From a virus: a DNA stretch of 64,000 nt. Below are positions 1-10,900 of the stretch, piece by piece. Positions within the stretch are counted from its first letter, which is position 1. The number at the start of each line of letters is the position of its first letter. The translations under genes and the position numbers were made by a program. A model generated the notes under the pieces. It saw nothing but the letters and a program-made list of their open reading frames with translations. It was not told where the DNA came from and ran no database searches. The stretch is from positions 1-64,000 of IMG/VR virus record IMGVR_UViG_3300032018_000004. One strand, given 5' to 3'.

Positions 1-290
1 GATTGCTTTATCTGTACCATAGCCAGCCGCTGCAAGAGCGTATCTTGCTGTGCCTACTCCAGTAGTATCTGTGGCTACTACGCCTAAGTTGTTGACCAGA
101 TTTGTCATTGAGACATATGAACCTGTAGAGCCATAGCCAAAGATTGCTTTATCTGTACCATAGCCAGCCGCTGCAAGAGCGTATCTTGCTGTGCCTACTC
201 CAGTAGTATCTGTGGCTACTACGCCTAAGTTGTTGACCAGATTTGTCATTGAGACATATGAAGTTGTATAGCCATAGCCAAAGATTGCTT
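1..290 (-). repeat. 141-bp tandem repeat (at least 2 copies) encoding a 47-aa blade-like repeat in the tail fibre
   Basis: 1-141 and 142-282 identical except 3 nt; unit KAIFGYG(Y/S)T(T/G)SYVSMTNLVNNLGVVATDTTGVGTARYALAAAGYGTD. Confidence 0.95.
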
Positions 291-1878
291 TTTGGGTGGT
301 GGAATATGTTGATGCAAAAGTAGCAAGTACGATATTCTTAATCCTGCAAGTGGTAGAGGTGAGCATTTCAACATCAAACGTCATCCCTGCGTGAGTGACA
401 ATACTTGCCATACCCTGCGTGATGATCAAATCAGTTGTATGGTGCGTGATTATTCCCGCCCCTAAACACCGTCGATGGTATGTTACCCCAGCCGTACCAT
501 TAAAGGCTCCGATGGTTGCGGACGTATCGGATAAAGTGCCATTTAAGGACACTCCCAAGGTAGTAGTGGTTGCTCGTGTGTCAGCGGAAACAGTTTGGTC
601 TACCTGCTGGACATTGCCTGCTGCTACGCCAATCGGCACCCCGTCTTTCAACAACTTTCCCGTTGTCCCATTAAACCGAGCAAGACTATCCGCCGTACTA
701 GAAGATGGACCAACTACATCCCCATTGCCTGCTCCAGCAGCGCCTTTTGCGGAATAGTCAATTGAGCATTCTTCAGTATTTGTGAACCCAGAGCCAGAAA
801 GAAAAGTCACTCCAACGGTGAACCACCCGGTGTTATTCGTAACAGAGGTTATTGTGAATATTCCAAATGATGTATCTGCATTGGCATTTGAACTTATAAG
901 AATTGTGCTTCCAACAGTCCAAGCAGTCAGGAAGGCCGATACATCAGCCGAGGCTTCCGCCAAAGAATCAATGTAAATATTTGCTACTGAACCAATAGTG
1001 GCATTATCGAATCTAAAGATTCCGGCTCCAGGATCAGAGGCCGTAGTAGTAGAAGAAAATGAATACCTTAATCCCCCCTTATCCCCTTGAACTCCCGTAG
1101 AACCAGTTGAACCCGTAGCGCCTTTGTAGTTCTTCCATAATCCGGCAAAATCAGATACAATAGGAGGCGATAGGGGAGTCGTGGTAGATTTGACGGCAAT
1201 GTAATCGAGTGCGGAATTGAAAGTGTTGCTGAACCCGGTTCCATCAGCGGCAGAAGCATAAGCAACGTAAACATAACCCGTACTACCTGTAGCGCCAGTA
1301 GTGCCAGCAATACCAGAAATTGAAACATTCCATGCTACTATTGTTCCTGAACCACCTATGGCTACAACACTTACAATTAATACCCCAGTCAGATTAGCAT
1401 AGCTAGTGACCTGACCAAACATATAATTTGCATTATTTGCTTGATCTACAATGGAGATATATTGACCTTTCTGAAACATCTTTCCAGTTTCTACAGTGAG
1501 AGTTTTGCTCCCGGTTCCAATAGTTAATGAGGTAGTAGATGTAGAAATTAGAGTAGTTTTTGTATCAATCATTTCAAAAGCACGTTTGATGATTGTAGCT
1601 GTTTCTATATCCCCCTTCACAGGATAAGGATATCCCTGAACTGGGGTGAAATCTCTAGAAATAGCATAAACGGCTGCTGCATTTGTTGTTCCAGCATAAA
1701 CAGAAGATAAAGTTATATGAGTATTGTCTGTAATGGAAGCGACTTCGTAAGTAACGCCATCATCTATAACAACAAATAAATCTCCTGCTGCAATTTCAGC
1801 TAACCACAAAGTTCCTGTGCCTACTATAGCGGCAGAACCATTTGTTACAGAAACTGTTCCTGTTTTATATTGTGCCAT
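1..1878 (-). CDS. Tail fibre / receptor-binding protein (3' end runs off window; absent from ORF track)
   Basis: Open frame from ATG at 1878 (MAQYKTGTVSVTNGSAAIVGTGTLW, typical tail-fibre N-terminus) to base 1; short G-X-Y stretch (GATGSTGSTGVQGDKG); C-terminal 47-aa repeats; last gene of the tail module. Confidence 0.85.
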   Translation of the reverse strand, partial: MAQYKTGTVSVTNGSAAIVGTGTLWLAEIAAGDLFVVIDDGVTYEVASITDNTHITLSSVYAGTTNAAAVYAISRDFTPVQGYPYPVKGDIETATIIKRAFEMIDTKTTLISTSTTSLTIGTGSKTLTVETGKMFQKGQYISIVDQANNANYMFGQVTSYANLTGVLIVSVVAIGGSGTIVAWNVSISGIAGTTGATGSTGYVYVAYASAADGTGFSNTFNSALDYIAVKSTTTPLSPPIVSDFAGLWKNYKGATGSTGSTGVQGDKGGLRYSFSSTTTASDPGAGIFRFDNATIGSVANIYIDSLAEASADVSAFLTAWTVGSTILISSNANADTSFGIFTITSVTNNTGWFTVGVTFLSGSGFTNTEECSIDYSAKGAAGAGNGDVVGPSSSTADSLARFNGTTGKLLKDGVPIGVAAGNVQQVDQTVSADTRATTTTLGVSLNGTLSDTSATIGAFNGTAGVTYHRRCLGAGIITHHTTDLIITQGMASIVTHAGMTFDVEMLTSTTCRIKNIVLATFASTYSTTQKAIFGYGYTTSYVSMTNLVNNLGVVATDTTGVGTARYALAAAGYGTDKAIFGYGSTGSYVSMTNLVNNLGVVATDTTGVGTARYALAAAGYGTDKAI

Positions 1879-1900
1879 TTGTTATTTGCCTTTGTTTAAA

Positions 1901-2596
1901 TTAGTCATAGTCTGTACCGTTTATTATAGGAACAGCGAATGTTCCTCCTTCTCCACCATATCTTGAGACTGGGGGGTATGGGGTCGCTAAATGTAAATAT
2001 AAGTAATTTTCTAGCTTTATTCCACCCGCTGTATAATAATTTAGTCCTCTATAATACCAATCTTCATATCCCCCACCACGGACTAGCTGGAAGAACGAAT
2101 TCATTTGGAGAAATGCAGGCTTTGAAAAGTTTGTGAATGATGCCGTAGCCCCATTGTTATTAGAAATGGACGCTATTTCTCTCACCGATCCAAATTTCCC
2201 CCAACCAGAATCAAAAATAAGCACGCTTGATGCATTATACACTCTAAGGCCATATGTTTCGGATGATGGTGAATTATTAGATGGGTTAGAAAACCAGTAA
2301 ACATCAGCCGCTGTAGGAGAATTCAAAATAACTCTAGCATTCCAATAGCCGCCAGAAGCAGTAATTTGGTTAAGGTGTGTCACAACCCCAGAAGCGTTCG
2401 CTACAAAACAACAAGGCATTGGCATAGCAGAAGAAACAGGGCCAGTATTTGTATATGAATAATAAGATGACCCTAATGATGTCAATTGGGAAGGGGTTGA
2501 ATTGCTACCCTTCCCCATAAATAGCATTGCAGGAACTGTATCAGAAACTAACACTGACGAATCTACATTACTTAAAATCTCTAATCCGTAGCTCAT
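1901..2596 (-). CDS. Minor tail / tail-tip accessory protein
   Basis: MSYGLEI start and internal YGLRVYN motif typical of small genes following tail tip J; position. Confidence 0.6.
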   Translation of the reverse strand: MSYGLEILSNVDSSVLVSDTVPAMLFMGKGSNSTPSQLTSLGSSYYSYTNTGPVSSAMPMPCCFVANASGVVTHLNQITASGGYWNARVILNSPTAADVYWFSNPSNNSPSSETYGLRVYNASSVLIFDSGWGKFGSVREIASISNNNGATASFTNFSKPAFLQMNSFFQLVRGGGYEDWYYRGLNYYTAGGIKLENYLYLHLATPYPPVSRYGGEGGTFAVPIINGTDYD

Positions 2597-2895
2597 TTAT
2601 AAAATACCAAAATCGTAGACGGGTTATTTTGGTAAGTTGGACCCATTTCTGTTATAGTAAAATATGTCCATGAAACAACATATCCACTTACGCTTACTGT
2701 ATGACTACCTCCAAAATTTTGAGGAACTACCAATGCTAGTAATGTAAATCCAGAAGGAAGTATTCCTGTGTAGTCTTTACTGCTTGATTCGGTTTCGGCA
2801 ACAGAAATTGCTTCATATTGCCTCCATCCAACCGCATATGTGCTAGATAAAGCCAAAACTCCAGATGCGGTATATAATTCCAGCCCATATGCCAT
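2593..2895 (-). CDS. Small tail-tip accessory protein
   Basis: MAYGLELY start, overlaps J stop; similar N-terminus to neighbour. Confidence 0.6.
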   Translation of the reverse strand: MAYGLELYTASGVLALSSTYAVGWRQYEAISVAETESSSKDYTGILPSGFTLLALVVPQNFGGSHTVSVSGYVVSWTYFTITEMGPTYQNNPSTILVFYK

Positions 2896-5800
2896 TATGC
2901 CAAATTCCCTAATTTAATTCTTAAAGTCCCAAAAGAGTCGTAAACTTTAGTCCCATTCTCGGTTATTTCAGTTCTTGCCCCAGAAGTAGCCGATTTAACA
3001 TTTAATTTTCCAGCAAAAGTCAAATCTGTCCCGTTGTAAGATAAATAATTGTTAGCATCTACTCCGCTAAAATAAAATGTCCCGTCACTTTTTATATATG
3101 TTTTCCATGAAGTGCTCCAGAATCCCATATATGTACTGGACAGATACAGCCCAGCACTGGATTGAGCACCTAAAGTTGCTGGAAAATCTGAAAAATTAGA
3201 GAAACCAGAAGAACCAGAAGATATGGACAAAATCCCACGGTAACTCATTACTCCTGTTGTCTCATCCCAGTTCCATCCATTACCAGTTGGAGAGCCGACA
3301 GACATTTGTGCTTTCGCACCAGCAGTTCTACCAAGCCACCAACCGTTGCCAGTGTTATATGCTGTTTGTCCACTTCTTATTTGTCCTCCGTTCCCAACAA
3401 TAAAATCCTTGCCTGTAAAGGAGCCACTTAAAACTTTATCTAAAACCAATTCTTTGATTTCAGCACTTTCAACTTGTTGTGTTACAACCTCAACTTCAAC
3501 AGATGCAGACCCGTCATAATCAAATCCGTCAAAGGCTTGCATCGCAACATAATAAGAAGTTCCTGTTGTTAATTGCGTTCCTCCAGTCAATGCATCAATA
3601 ATTATGGTGGTGTCTGGGCCTTCATATACAATAGTCGTTGCATCTTTTGTGAATGAAGGAGTTTTAGAAACCCAAACTCTAACACCTTTCCAATCCAAGT
3701 CGGTCGGTTGAATATATGACAAGAATATATTTTTAAAAGAAGTTCTAGTAGAAATTCCAGTTGGCGTGGCAGGAGCGGGATTAGTTACTGTCATTTTTGC
3801 TGGAAGATATGAAAGCTGATTCTGCTTCCCACGCATATATACTTCTATCGTGAATGTTCTAAATGCACCCCCATCTTCTACATTTTTTTCATAAATATAG
3901 GTATATGAGTTATCCACGACATGCTCAGTTCTTAGAAGAGTAGCACCATTATAAATTCTTACTTCATAATCTTTGAAAAACAAATCCAATGAACCATCAT
4001 CAATCCCAAACCCACTTTCATCTATATCATAAGAGTTGCTTATAGATGCTGCTCTCCATACAAACTTAGCGTGTTTACCAGTAAACTCCTCGCTGTTATT
4101 CGACCCAAATAATTCAAGCCCACTAACCCTTGGCAATAATACAGGAGCATCGGTTGATCCAGTCACTAAATGGTCCAATTGGTATGTCCAACCAGAAGTC
4201 AATGCTGCTGAAAGATACCTAACCCTAATATCATAAGAAATCCCGTTTTCAACATTCACCAAATACAAACTTGTTGTTCCAGCAGGAAACACCTGAGAAG
4301 TATAAGGTCCAACAGAATTTGCGACCCTATATTGACACTCAATGGAAGATATGTTTTCTATTTTCCCGCTTGGTGGAGTTAACTCAACAAGAATTCTTGC
4401 AGTTGCGGGGTCAACTAAATTGTCCAACAACGCTCTTTTGTCAGAAGCAACTGAATAAATAACAGGATCGGGCAATGTTAATTTTGCAGTCAATGGAGAA
4501 ACGAATGCTGGAATTGTTCCTGCGTCAGCATTATAAATAGCAGATGCTAAATCAACGCAATTAAGTCTTGCTGTTAAGTCACCACTAGGCTCGATTGATT
4601 TAATTATACAATCGATTGCCTCGCTTCCAGATTCACCGAACATAACCAAATCGCCCACTGCTGGAGCAGAAGCTATCAATGTAGGCGTTGCGAGAGTAAA
4701 TGTGCTTGTGTCTCCAGCAACGGTGTTTACTGTTAATAAAACGCTTGCTCCACTAGACTGTCTTGCACGAACACAATAATACTTACCAGCCTCCATAGTG
4801 AACAATTCATCTGTCGTTATTGTTTGGACATATCCAGCATTGGTGGTTATAGACTTAACCCTTCCAGCCCCTAATCCAGTCAACAAAACATCGTGAGAGA
4901 ATTTTATCAAATCTCCCCTAGTGCAGACTAAATATTCCACATCAACATTAAAACTATATGTTTCTAATCGCAATCTTGAAGATGCAATATGGTATCTTCC
5001 ATGCTTCCATGCTAAATCAGAAGTGGTGATACCAACCAAATTTAATGTTTCAAACTTCGTAGCATTTACTGACGAATATCCATCGTCGTAAACAATTCTT
5101 TCGTCTTCTCTATATCCATTGCTCTCATTTATAAATTGAACTTTCCACCCATGAATTGGAGTAACAAAATCTTTCTTCGCAGAAAAACCCCAGGAATTTT
5201 TAGGAGTGAAATGCTGAACTGGAACTGTTTTTAGATAATCATAAACAACCCCTATTCTCCCATCTATCCTAGTAATTGATGCCCGACCAGCAGAACAAAT
5301 CATTGCTAGTGTTTCCCACACAGATGAACGATAGTCCTTTACATGATTAAATGTAAAGCCATTCGCTGCGCAAAAGACATGCCAATTTTGCAAAGTAGTC
5401 AAATCTATAAGGGAATCTGCCAATGGGCGATGATTAGCGACCCCTTGCAAAACATATCTTAAAATACTTGCTGGGTTGCTCGTAGCTCTTGATACCCAGG
5501 TAGACGATCCCGCATCCCAATCAAGGCACCTTAATTGACATAAAGCATTAAATTGATCTACAACGCCATTAAGTTGTTCAGTGGCCTTAATTCTGACTGC
5601 GACTAAAGCAGATTTTGTTGTAAGGTTTATGGGTGTTATATGTTTGATTGTTCTTAAAATTGTCCAATATGAATCATCAAGTATTTTAGAATCAGTGGTA
5701 TCGGCAGTAATCCTGGTTAGTCTCACATCGTATTGACCTGTAGTTACAGACCATTTTAATGACTTTCTTATAACTGTCGATCTTTTTTCAGATACCAAAA

Positions 5801-6755
5801 ATGCACCAGCAGACGACCAAAACCCCGTTCCTGTTGGGGCATAATCTACCTGGATATTTACAGTTCTTACTGTTTTACTACCATCGTCATTGAATTGGAC
5901 TAAACCTTGGAACGTGATATCTACTGATATTTCATCAGCATCAATTTGTGTTGTTCTGGTTTGCGCCCCCCCCGAATTTGTGACATTAATAGAAAGAGAG
6001 TCTTCATAGATATCATTTGTATAAATAGTGGGAACCCCATCTCCAGGATCACCCTTAAATATTTCATATTCGACATTATCATAAGAACTGATAGCTGTTT
6101 CGCCAATTTTCAAATCAGTAATATCTAATGGCCCATATCCAAAATCAAACAGCAATCTTAAATACTGGTCATCGCCAACAACTTCTGTATAGGGAACAGC
6201 CCCATAAGGAGGTGTAAATCTATGTTTCCCTAAAATTTGAGGACGAACGCCATATGGAGAAATAGTGTTTCTTGACCCAGAAATGGAATACTGTTGGCTT
6301 TCTGACTCAGTTCCCCCGCGCAAAGCAGGCATATCTGGCAATGGTGGTGGAAAAAAGGAATTAGCTGCAAGAGAACCCACTACCATTACGGCGGCACCGG
6401 CAATCGTAGCTCCCCACCCCCCGGCCACAAATGTACCTCCTGCTCCGCCAGTGACATATGCGGAAGCAGCAATAACCGCAATCATCATTATGGTACGCAG
6501 GGGGTTCTTTCCCCCGCCGCCACCTCCAGAAGGAATGACCCGGACTGTTACCAAATCTCCAGAAACAACAATCCTGTCGTAAGAGTTGCTATTGACATAA
6601 GCCCCGTTAATTGCTACTCTAACATTAACAAAATCAACGATTCCAGAATTGGCTATAACTTCGTTGACTGATTTTCCCTCTACATCAACCCTGTCTATCC
6701 TTTGAACGGAGAATGGGCTTGGGCATGTAGAAACTCTTACTGGATTATTTTTCAT
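2895..6755 (-). CDS. Central tail tip / host-specificity protein (lambda I+J-like fusion)
   Basis: 1286 aa; N-terminal ubiquitin-like I domain and GGGGKNPLR-hydrophobic segment, SNPA motif, Fn3-like C-terminal region ending LRIKLGNLA. Confidence 0.9.
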   Translation of the reverse strand: MKNNPVRVSTCPSPFSVQRIDRVDVEGKSVNEVIANSGIVDFVNVRVAINGAYVNSNSYDRIVVSGDLVTVRVIPSGGGGGGKNPLRTIMMIAVIAASAYVTGGAGGTFVAGGWGATIAGAAVMVVGSLAANSFFPPPLPDMPALRGGTESESQQYSISGSRNTISPYGVRPQILGKHRFTPPYGAVPYTEVVGDDQYLRLLFDFGYGPLDITDLKIGETAISSYDNVEYEIFKGDPGDGVPTIYTNDIYEDSLSINVTNSGGAQTRTTQIDADEISVDITFQGLVQFNDDGSKTVRTVNIQVDYAPTGTGFWSSAGAFLVSEKRSTVIRKSLKWSVTTGQYDVRLTRITADTTDSKILDDSYWTILRTIKHITPINLTTKSALVAVRIKATEQLNGVVDQFNALCQLRCLDWDAGSSTWVSRATSNPASILRYVLQGVANHRPLADSLIDLTTLQNWHVFCAANGFTFNHVKDYRSSVWETLAMICSAGRASITRIDGRIGVVYDYLKTVPVQHFTPKNSWGFSAKKDFVTPIHGWKVQFINESNGYREDERIVYDDGYSSVNATKFETLNLVGITTSDLAWKHGRYHIASSRLRLETYSFNVDVEYLVCTRGDLIKFSHDVLLTGLGAGRVKSITTNAGYVQTITTDELFTMEAGKYYCVRARQSSGASVLLTVNTVAGDTSTFTLATPTLIASAPAVGDLVMFGESGSEAIDCIIKSIEPSGDLTARLNCVDLASAIYNADAGTIPAFVSPLTAKLTLPDPVIYSVASDKRALLDNLVDPATARILVELTPPSGKIENISSIECQYRVANSVGPYTSQVFPAGTTSLYLVNVENGISYDIRVRYLSAALTSGWTYQLDHLVTGSTDAPVLLPRVSGLELFGSNNSEEFTGKHAKFVWRAASISNSYDIDESGFGIDDGSLDLFFKDYEVRIYNGATLLRTEHVVDNSYTYIYEKNVEDGGAFRTFTIEVYMRGKQNQLSYLPAKMTVTNPAPATPTGISTRTSFKNIFLSYIQPTDLDWKGVRVWVSKTPSFTKDATTIVYEGPDTTIIIDALTGGTQLTTGTSYYVAMQAFDGFDYDGSASVEVEVVTQQVESAEIKELVLDKVLSGSFTGKDFIVGNGGQIRSGQTAYNTGNGWWLGRTAGAKAQMSVGSPTGNGWNWDETTGVMSYRGILSISSGSSGFSNFSDFPATLGAQSSAGLYLSSTYMGFWSTSWKTYIKSDGTFYFSGVDANNYLSYNGTDLTFAGKLNVKSATSGARTEITENGTKVYDSFGTLRIKLGNLA

Positions 6756-7137
6756 ATCTATAGTATCCCAAAATCCTATTCTTCCACATTACAGAATTTA
6801 TATTTTCTATTGTAACGTTCGACCCTTTTAGACAATGGATAAATAGTCCATCATCTAAATAAACACCACAATGCATGGGTTGGCCTTTCAATCTAATTAA
6901 AATAGCATCAAACTTATGTGGGGTTTTGACTTCTAACCACTTTACTTTTTCTTGATTAATCAATTGACTCAATTCAATCTCGTCCTCAGAGCTTGCATAG
7001 TCCTCCACATAAGTAGGGACCATTATTCCACATTCTGTCAAATATATTAAATATAGCAAGCCCCAACAATTAACCCCTTCAAAATCCAATCCATGGTCTT
7101 TGTACGGAATAGAAATATATTTATTTAAAAAATCCAA
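6745..7137 (-). CDS. NlpC/P60 tail assembly protein (lambda K-like)
   Basis: G(V)NCWGL and HCGVYL...FIH catalytic motifs. Confidence 0.9.
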   Translation of the reverse strand: MDFLNKYISIPYKDHGLDFEGVNCWGLLYLIYLTECGIMVPTYVEDYASSEDEIELSQLINQEKVKWLEVKTPHKFDAILIRLKGQPMHCGVYLDDGLFIHCLKGSNVTIENINSVMWKNRILGYYRYEK

Positions 7138-7602
7138 TTAGAACAAACCAGGATGTGTTGAAGGGATGAAAGACTCTGCTGGATATGGCTCAGACGATAA
7201 ATTTTGGATTGTCAATGCTCCAGAAACAGTTAAATCGTCATATTGAACGTCAGTCAATTCAAAATATGGGAATGACGCTTCTACTGTATTAACATCAGAC
7301 GACAGAACAATTTCTATTGTTACGCTTGGTGGAGTAGATACAGCCCTTATAGTTTGTCCAATTTCTCTACTGACATTATCTATGGTCAATCTTGCCGCTG
7401 GCGGGGTTTCTCCATCATCAGTAGGCAATACCATATCAAATGGTAATGAAATAAATAAATTCGATCTACTAGTTGTATTAACAGCATCAGACGTTACCCT
7501 GATCGGAGTTGCTAAATTAACATGGTCAATCGTTATCAAAATTAAAAACGCTACTGATGTTTCTTGAGCATTTACTGCTTGTTTCATTGAAAGAGATGTC
7601 AT
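7138..7602 (-). CDS. Minor tail protein (DUF1833-like)
   Basis: LPFDMVLP, LTIDNV, EPYP...F.P...PGLF motifs; position between distal tail and NlpC genes. Confidence 0.8.
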   Translation of the reverse strand: MTSLSMKQAVNAQETSVAFLILITIDHVNLATPIRVTSDAVNTTSRSNLFISLPFDMVLPTDDGETPPAARLTIDNVSREIGQTIRAVSTPPSVTIEIVLSSDVNTVEASFPYFELTDVQYDDLTVSGALTIQNLSSEPYPAESFIPSTHPGLF

Positions 7603-7949
7603 GGCATTTGCTCTAACTTTAAATTAACATTCCAGTAATTACCAGAAGACAAAGAATATTCAGGAGGGGCAACAAATCTAAACGACTTTGAAGAATTAGT
7701 TCTTGGGTCGGTCATAGTGAATGATGCAGAACCGCCAACAGTTGTTGTGACATAAAATGTGTCAAGATACCCTATTTGGGCGGAAGATAGCAAATAAGAT
7801 ACACTAATTGGCCTCACATTTGCAGTAAACCGTCTTCTAATTTTGGCAGGTCCAGCATCCATAGAAGTTCTTATGGTTGTATCTGGTGGGGATTCTGAAA
7901 ATCCACTACGGAGAGGCAATGCCGGTAAGGTTGAGGGCCAAGATGACAT
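7599..7949 (-). CDS. Distal tail (Dit-like) protein
   Basis: WPSTLP...RTSMDAGPAKIRRRFT motif; directly after tape measure. Confidence 0.8.
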   Translation of the reverse strand: MSSWPSTLPALPLRSGFSESPPDTTIRTSMDAGPAKIRRRFTANVRPISVSYLLSSAQIGYLDTFYVTTTVGGSASFTMTDPRTNSSKSFRFVAPPEYSLSSGNYWNVNLKLEQMP

Positions 7950-7952
7950 ATA

Positions 7953-10900
7953 TTACCTCATCGCCAATTGTGGTTTCATTCCAAATGTATCCTTCAATGC
8001 TCTTGCCACTGGGCCTCCGGATTTAATGTCACCAGCCACGGCTTCTCCTATTTGAATAGTAAGTGATTTCCCTCCACTTGCAGTTTTGCCTTCTTTTGTC
8101 TCTACTTTTTCAGACCCAAAATTATTTACAATCACGCTCATTGTTCCACCAGAAGCCGACTCTGAATTACTCCCCCTAAACCTATTGGCAATATCAGCAG
8201 GGAGAACCATTTCTCTTTCATGCAATTGAGTTACTGGATTTGTCCCGGCAGGGATATCATATCCACCAGCAGCAGAGGCCATAGAAAATGAAGAAGAGGT
8301 TCCAACCATTGAATCATAAGAGCCGACATAAGATGTATTTGGGGCGGCGGCAGAAGTTATCCCGCCACCGCCTCCAAACATCCCCGCAATAGCCCCACCA
8401 AGAGTTCCTAGGAGGGAAGAAGAATTTTCTGCTAATGGACTGGTTATTGATTGTTGGATTTGAAATCTAATCAAATCAGTTATCATACTGTCAATCATAC
8501 TGGAGAAGTCCAGCTTCCCGGTTTTTACAAAATTTACTAAAGCATCTTCCATCCCCTTAAATGCTTTTTCTACGGATGCTCCTGCTGTTTTAAATGCATT
8601 GGTGGTAGAATTGGCATAGGTATCTAATCCAGATTGTGCTCCCATCACCCAATTATCATTCATGGTGGAAATGGTTTCGTAATATTCAGCCCACATCTCT
8701 GCCGAAATTCCAGATGCTTCTTTCTGGATATCGGTCATTTTATCCCAACTTTTCTTCCACTGTTCCAAATCAATCAACACTCGATTTTCTTTATTCTCTT
8801 CTTTGCTTCCGGGGAGATTAGTCACTTTCCACTTTGCCATTCCCTTCTGCAAATCCCCAATTGCTTTTTCTCCGGTGATAGATTTTGCCTTTCCCATCAT
8901 TTCATCAAATTTATCTAATTTTGTATAAATTTCATCCAATTGAGCTGCCGTAACAGTTGCTGAACTCCCAGCCTTAAACATTGCCTCTTCAAATGCATTT
9001 CCCCAATTTAATAACTGTTCTGTTTCTCCTGGAGCGCCTTCTAGGGATTCAAGTTTAGTTTTTAGGTTATCGTAGTATTTATCAGCGTCGGAATTGGCTT
9101 TATTTAATTCCTTTCTAGAATCAGCTCCTTTTGCTTCTTCAGTAACCATTCCCTCATATGCTTTCTTAAATCTATCAAATTGTTCTACAGACATTCCTAA
9201 CTCTTTTCTATATGAATCACTTGCAAATTTAGAGCGCCAAATAGCCTCTTGCGATTTTTCTTGTTCAAGATTCATGGAATGAAGAGAAGTTATTGTTCCT
9301 TCAATAGACTTAGAAGCTGAATCCCATTGTTGTTTTGATTTTTCACCCAACTTATTAGAGTCAATTGTATCTGCTGCTTTTCTTGCATCGGCGATCCACT
9401 TATTTAATGTATTTGAGGCTAACTCTCCACCACCATTCATTTCTTTAACTTCTGTTGCAAACTCACCTGTTGCTATCTTCAATTCAAGAGTTGCCCTTGC
9501 GCTATCTTTTATTTTTTCCGATTGCTTTTGCAATTGCTTTAAATAAGAATCCATTCCTGAATCTTTTGTGATATTGGCAACATCAGAAGAGGATAGAAAA
9601 TTTTCCTCCTTATTTCCTAAAATGTTTGAAGTGGAAAAATTAGAGCGATTTAGAAAATCAGATGGGGCAGAAGAAGTCATTGTCCCAGAACTCAACGGAC
9701 CCTGATACGAAGAAAGATTAAAGTTTTTAGCCAAGGCTTCTGACTTTTCTCTTGTTTCCCGCCCCCTTGGTACTTCTCCTCCACCAGTACTTAATAAAAA
9801 CTTATTAAATATATCCAACCAACTACCTTTTTCAGGCTCCTTATTTAATTCCTTTCTAAGATTACTAACCCAACTTAAATCAGGCTTGACTCCAGAAATT
9901 CTCTCTATCATAGCAGCCCAAGAATCAAGATTCGCTTGGGATGAAACCTCATCATTCAGAGCTTTCATTTTTGCCTTAACTTCGTCAAGTCCATTCGAGG
10001 TTTGATAAATTGCTTCTATTTTATCATAATAATCTTTTGTACTCTGCGTTGCTTTAATCGTTTCTTGGGTAGTCTCACTTATGGAATCTTTTATTTTCAT
10101 AATTCCATAAATAGCAGCGGCTGCCGCTGCTGCTATAAAAATAGGATTTAATAATGTCGCCGCCGTAAAAGCTATCATTGCGTCTTGAGCCAGCATTGTT
10201 CCTAATGTTAATGTCTCAATAATGGAGACACCATATTCAATAGCTACAAAAATTGGACCTGCAATCAAAGCTATCTTCCCTAACTCTGCTCCCCAATTAA
10301 CTATATTCTTTAGAAAATCAAGAGAGGACTTCCCAACGTCAATTATCATTTGTGCTGTAGGAGTTAAAAACCCCTCGGAATCCATTAAATTTCTATTCCA
10401 TTCTTTCGCAGTTTGGACAAGGGAATCATATGTTGGTTTGAACATACCACGAAGAATGCGAGTATGGATTGTTTCCATTGTGGAGCCTATTACAGCCCAT
10501 GTATTCTCCAAATCTTGTGCAGCGGGTCCAAAACCAGCAAGCAACTGACCCACATTTTCAAGAACGGTTCCTTGCTGTTTCCATAATTTAATGTGTTCTT
10601 TAATTTGCGGATCAATCCCTTTCAAAGTCTGGACAAGAATATTCTGGTCTCTGACTTGTCCTTGAGACAAGGCTCTAATTTCCTGACGCATCTGAATTTC
10701 TTGATTCTGCCCCTGAGTCAAAAGTTTCAATGCATTCGCAATATTTACGAAACCGTCTAATGAAGCTTTATTTGTGGTGTCAATTTTGATTCCACCCTTA
10801 ATAAACTGTTCCGCCATGGTTGTCAAATCTTTACCAGTTGCGATAGTTCTGGCATCTAAAATTTCCATAGTCTGAACAAGGTTCTGCGCTTCAATTTTCG

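Noticed and set aside
395-1328. Short ORFs listed at 395-757, 782-976 and 1068-1328
   Set aside because: Shadow frames of the tail fibre gene, which the track missed because it lacks a stop inside the window
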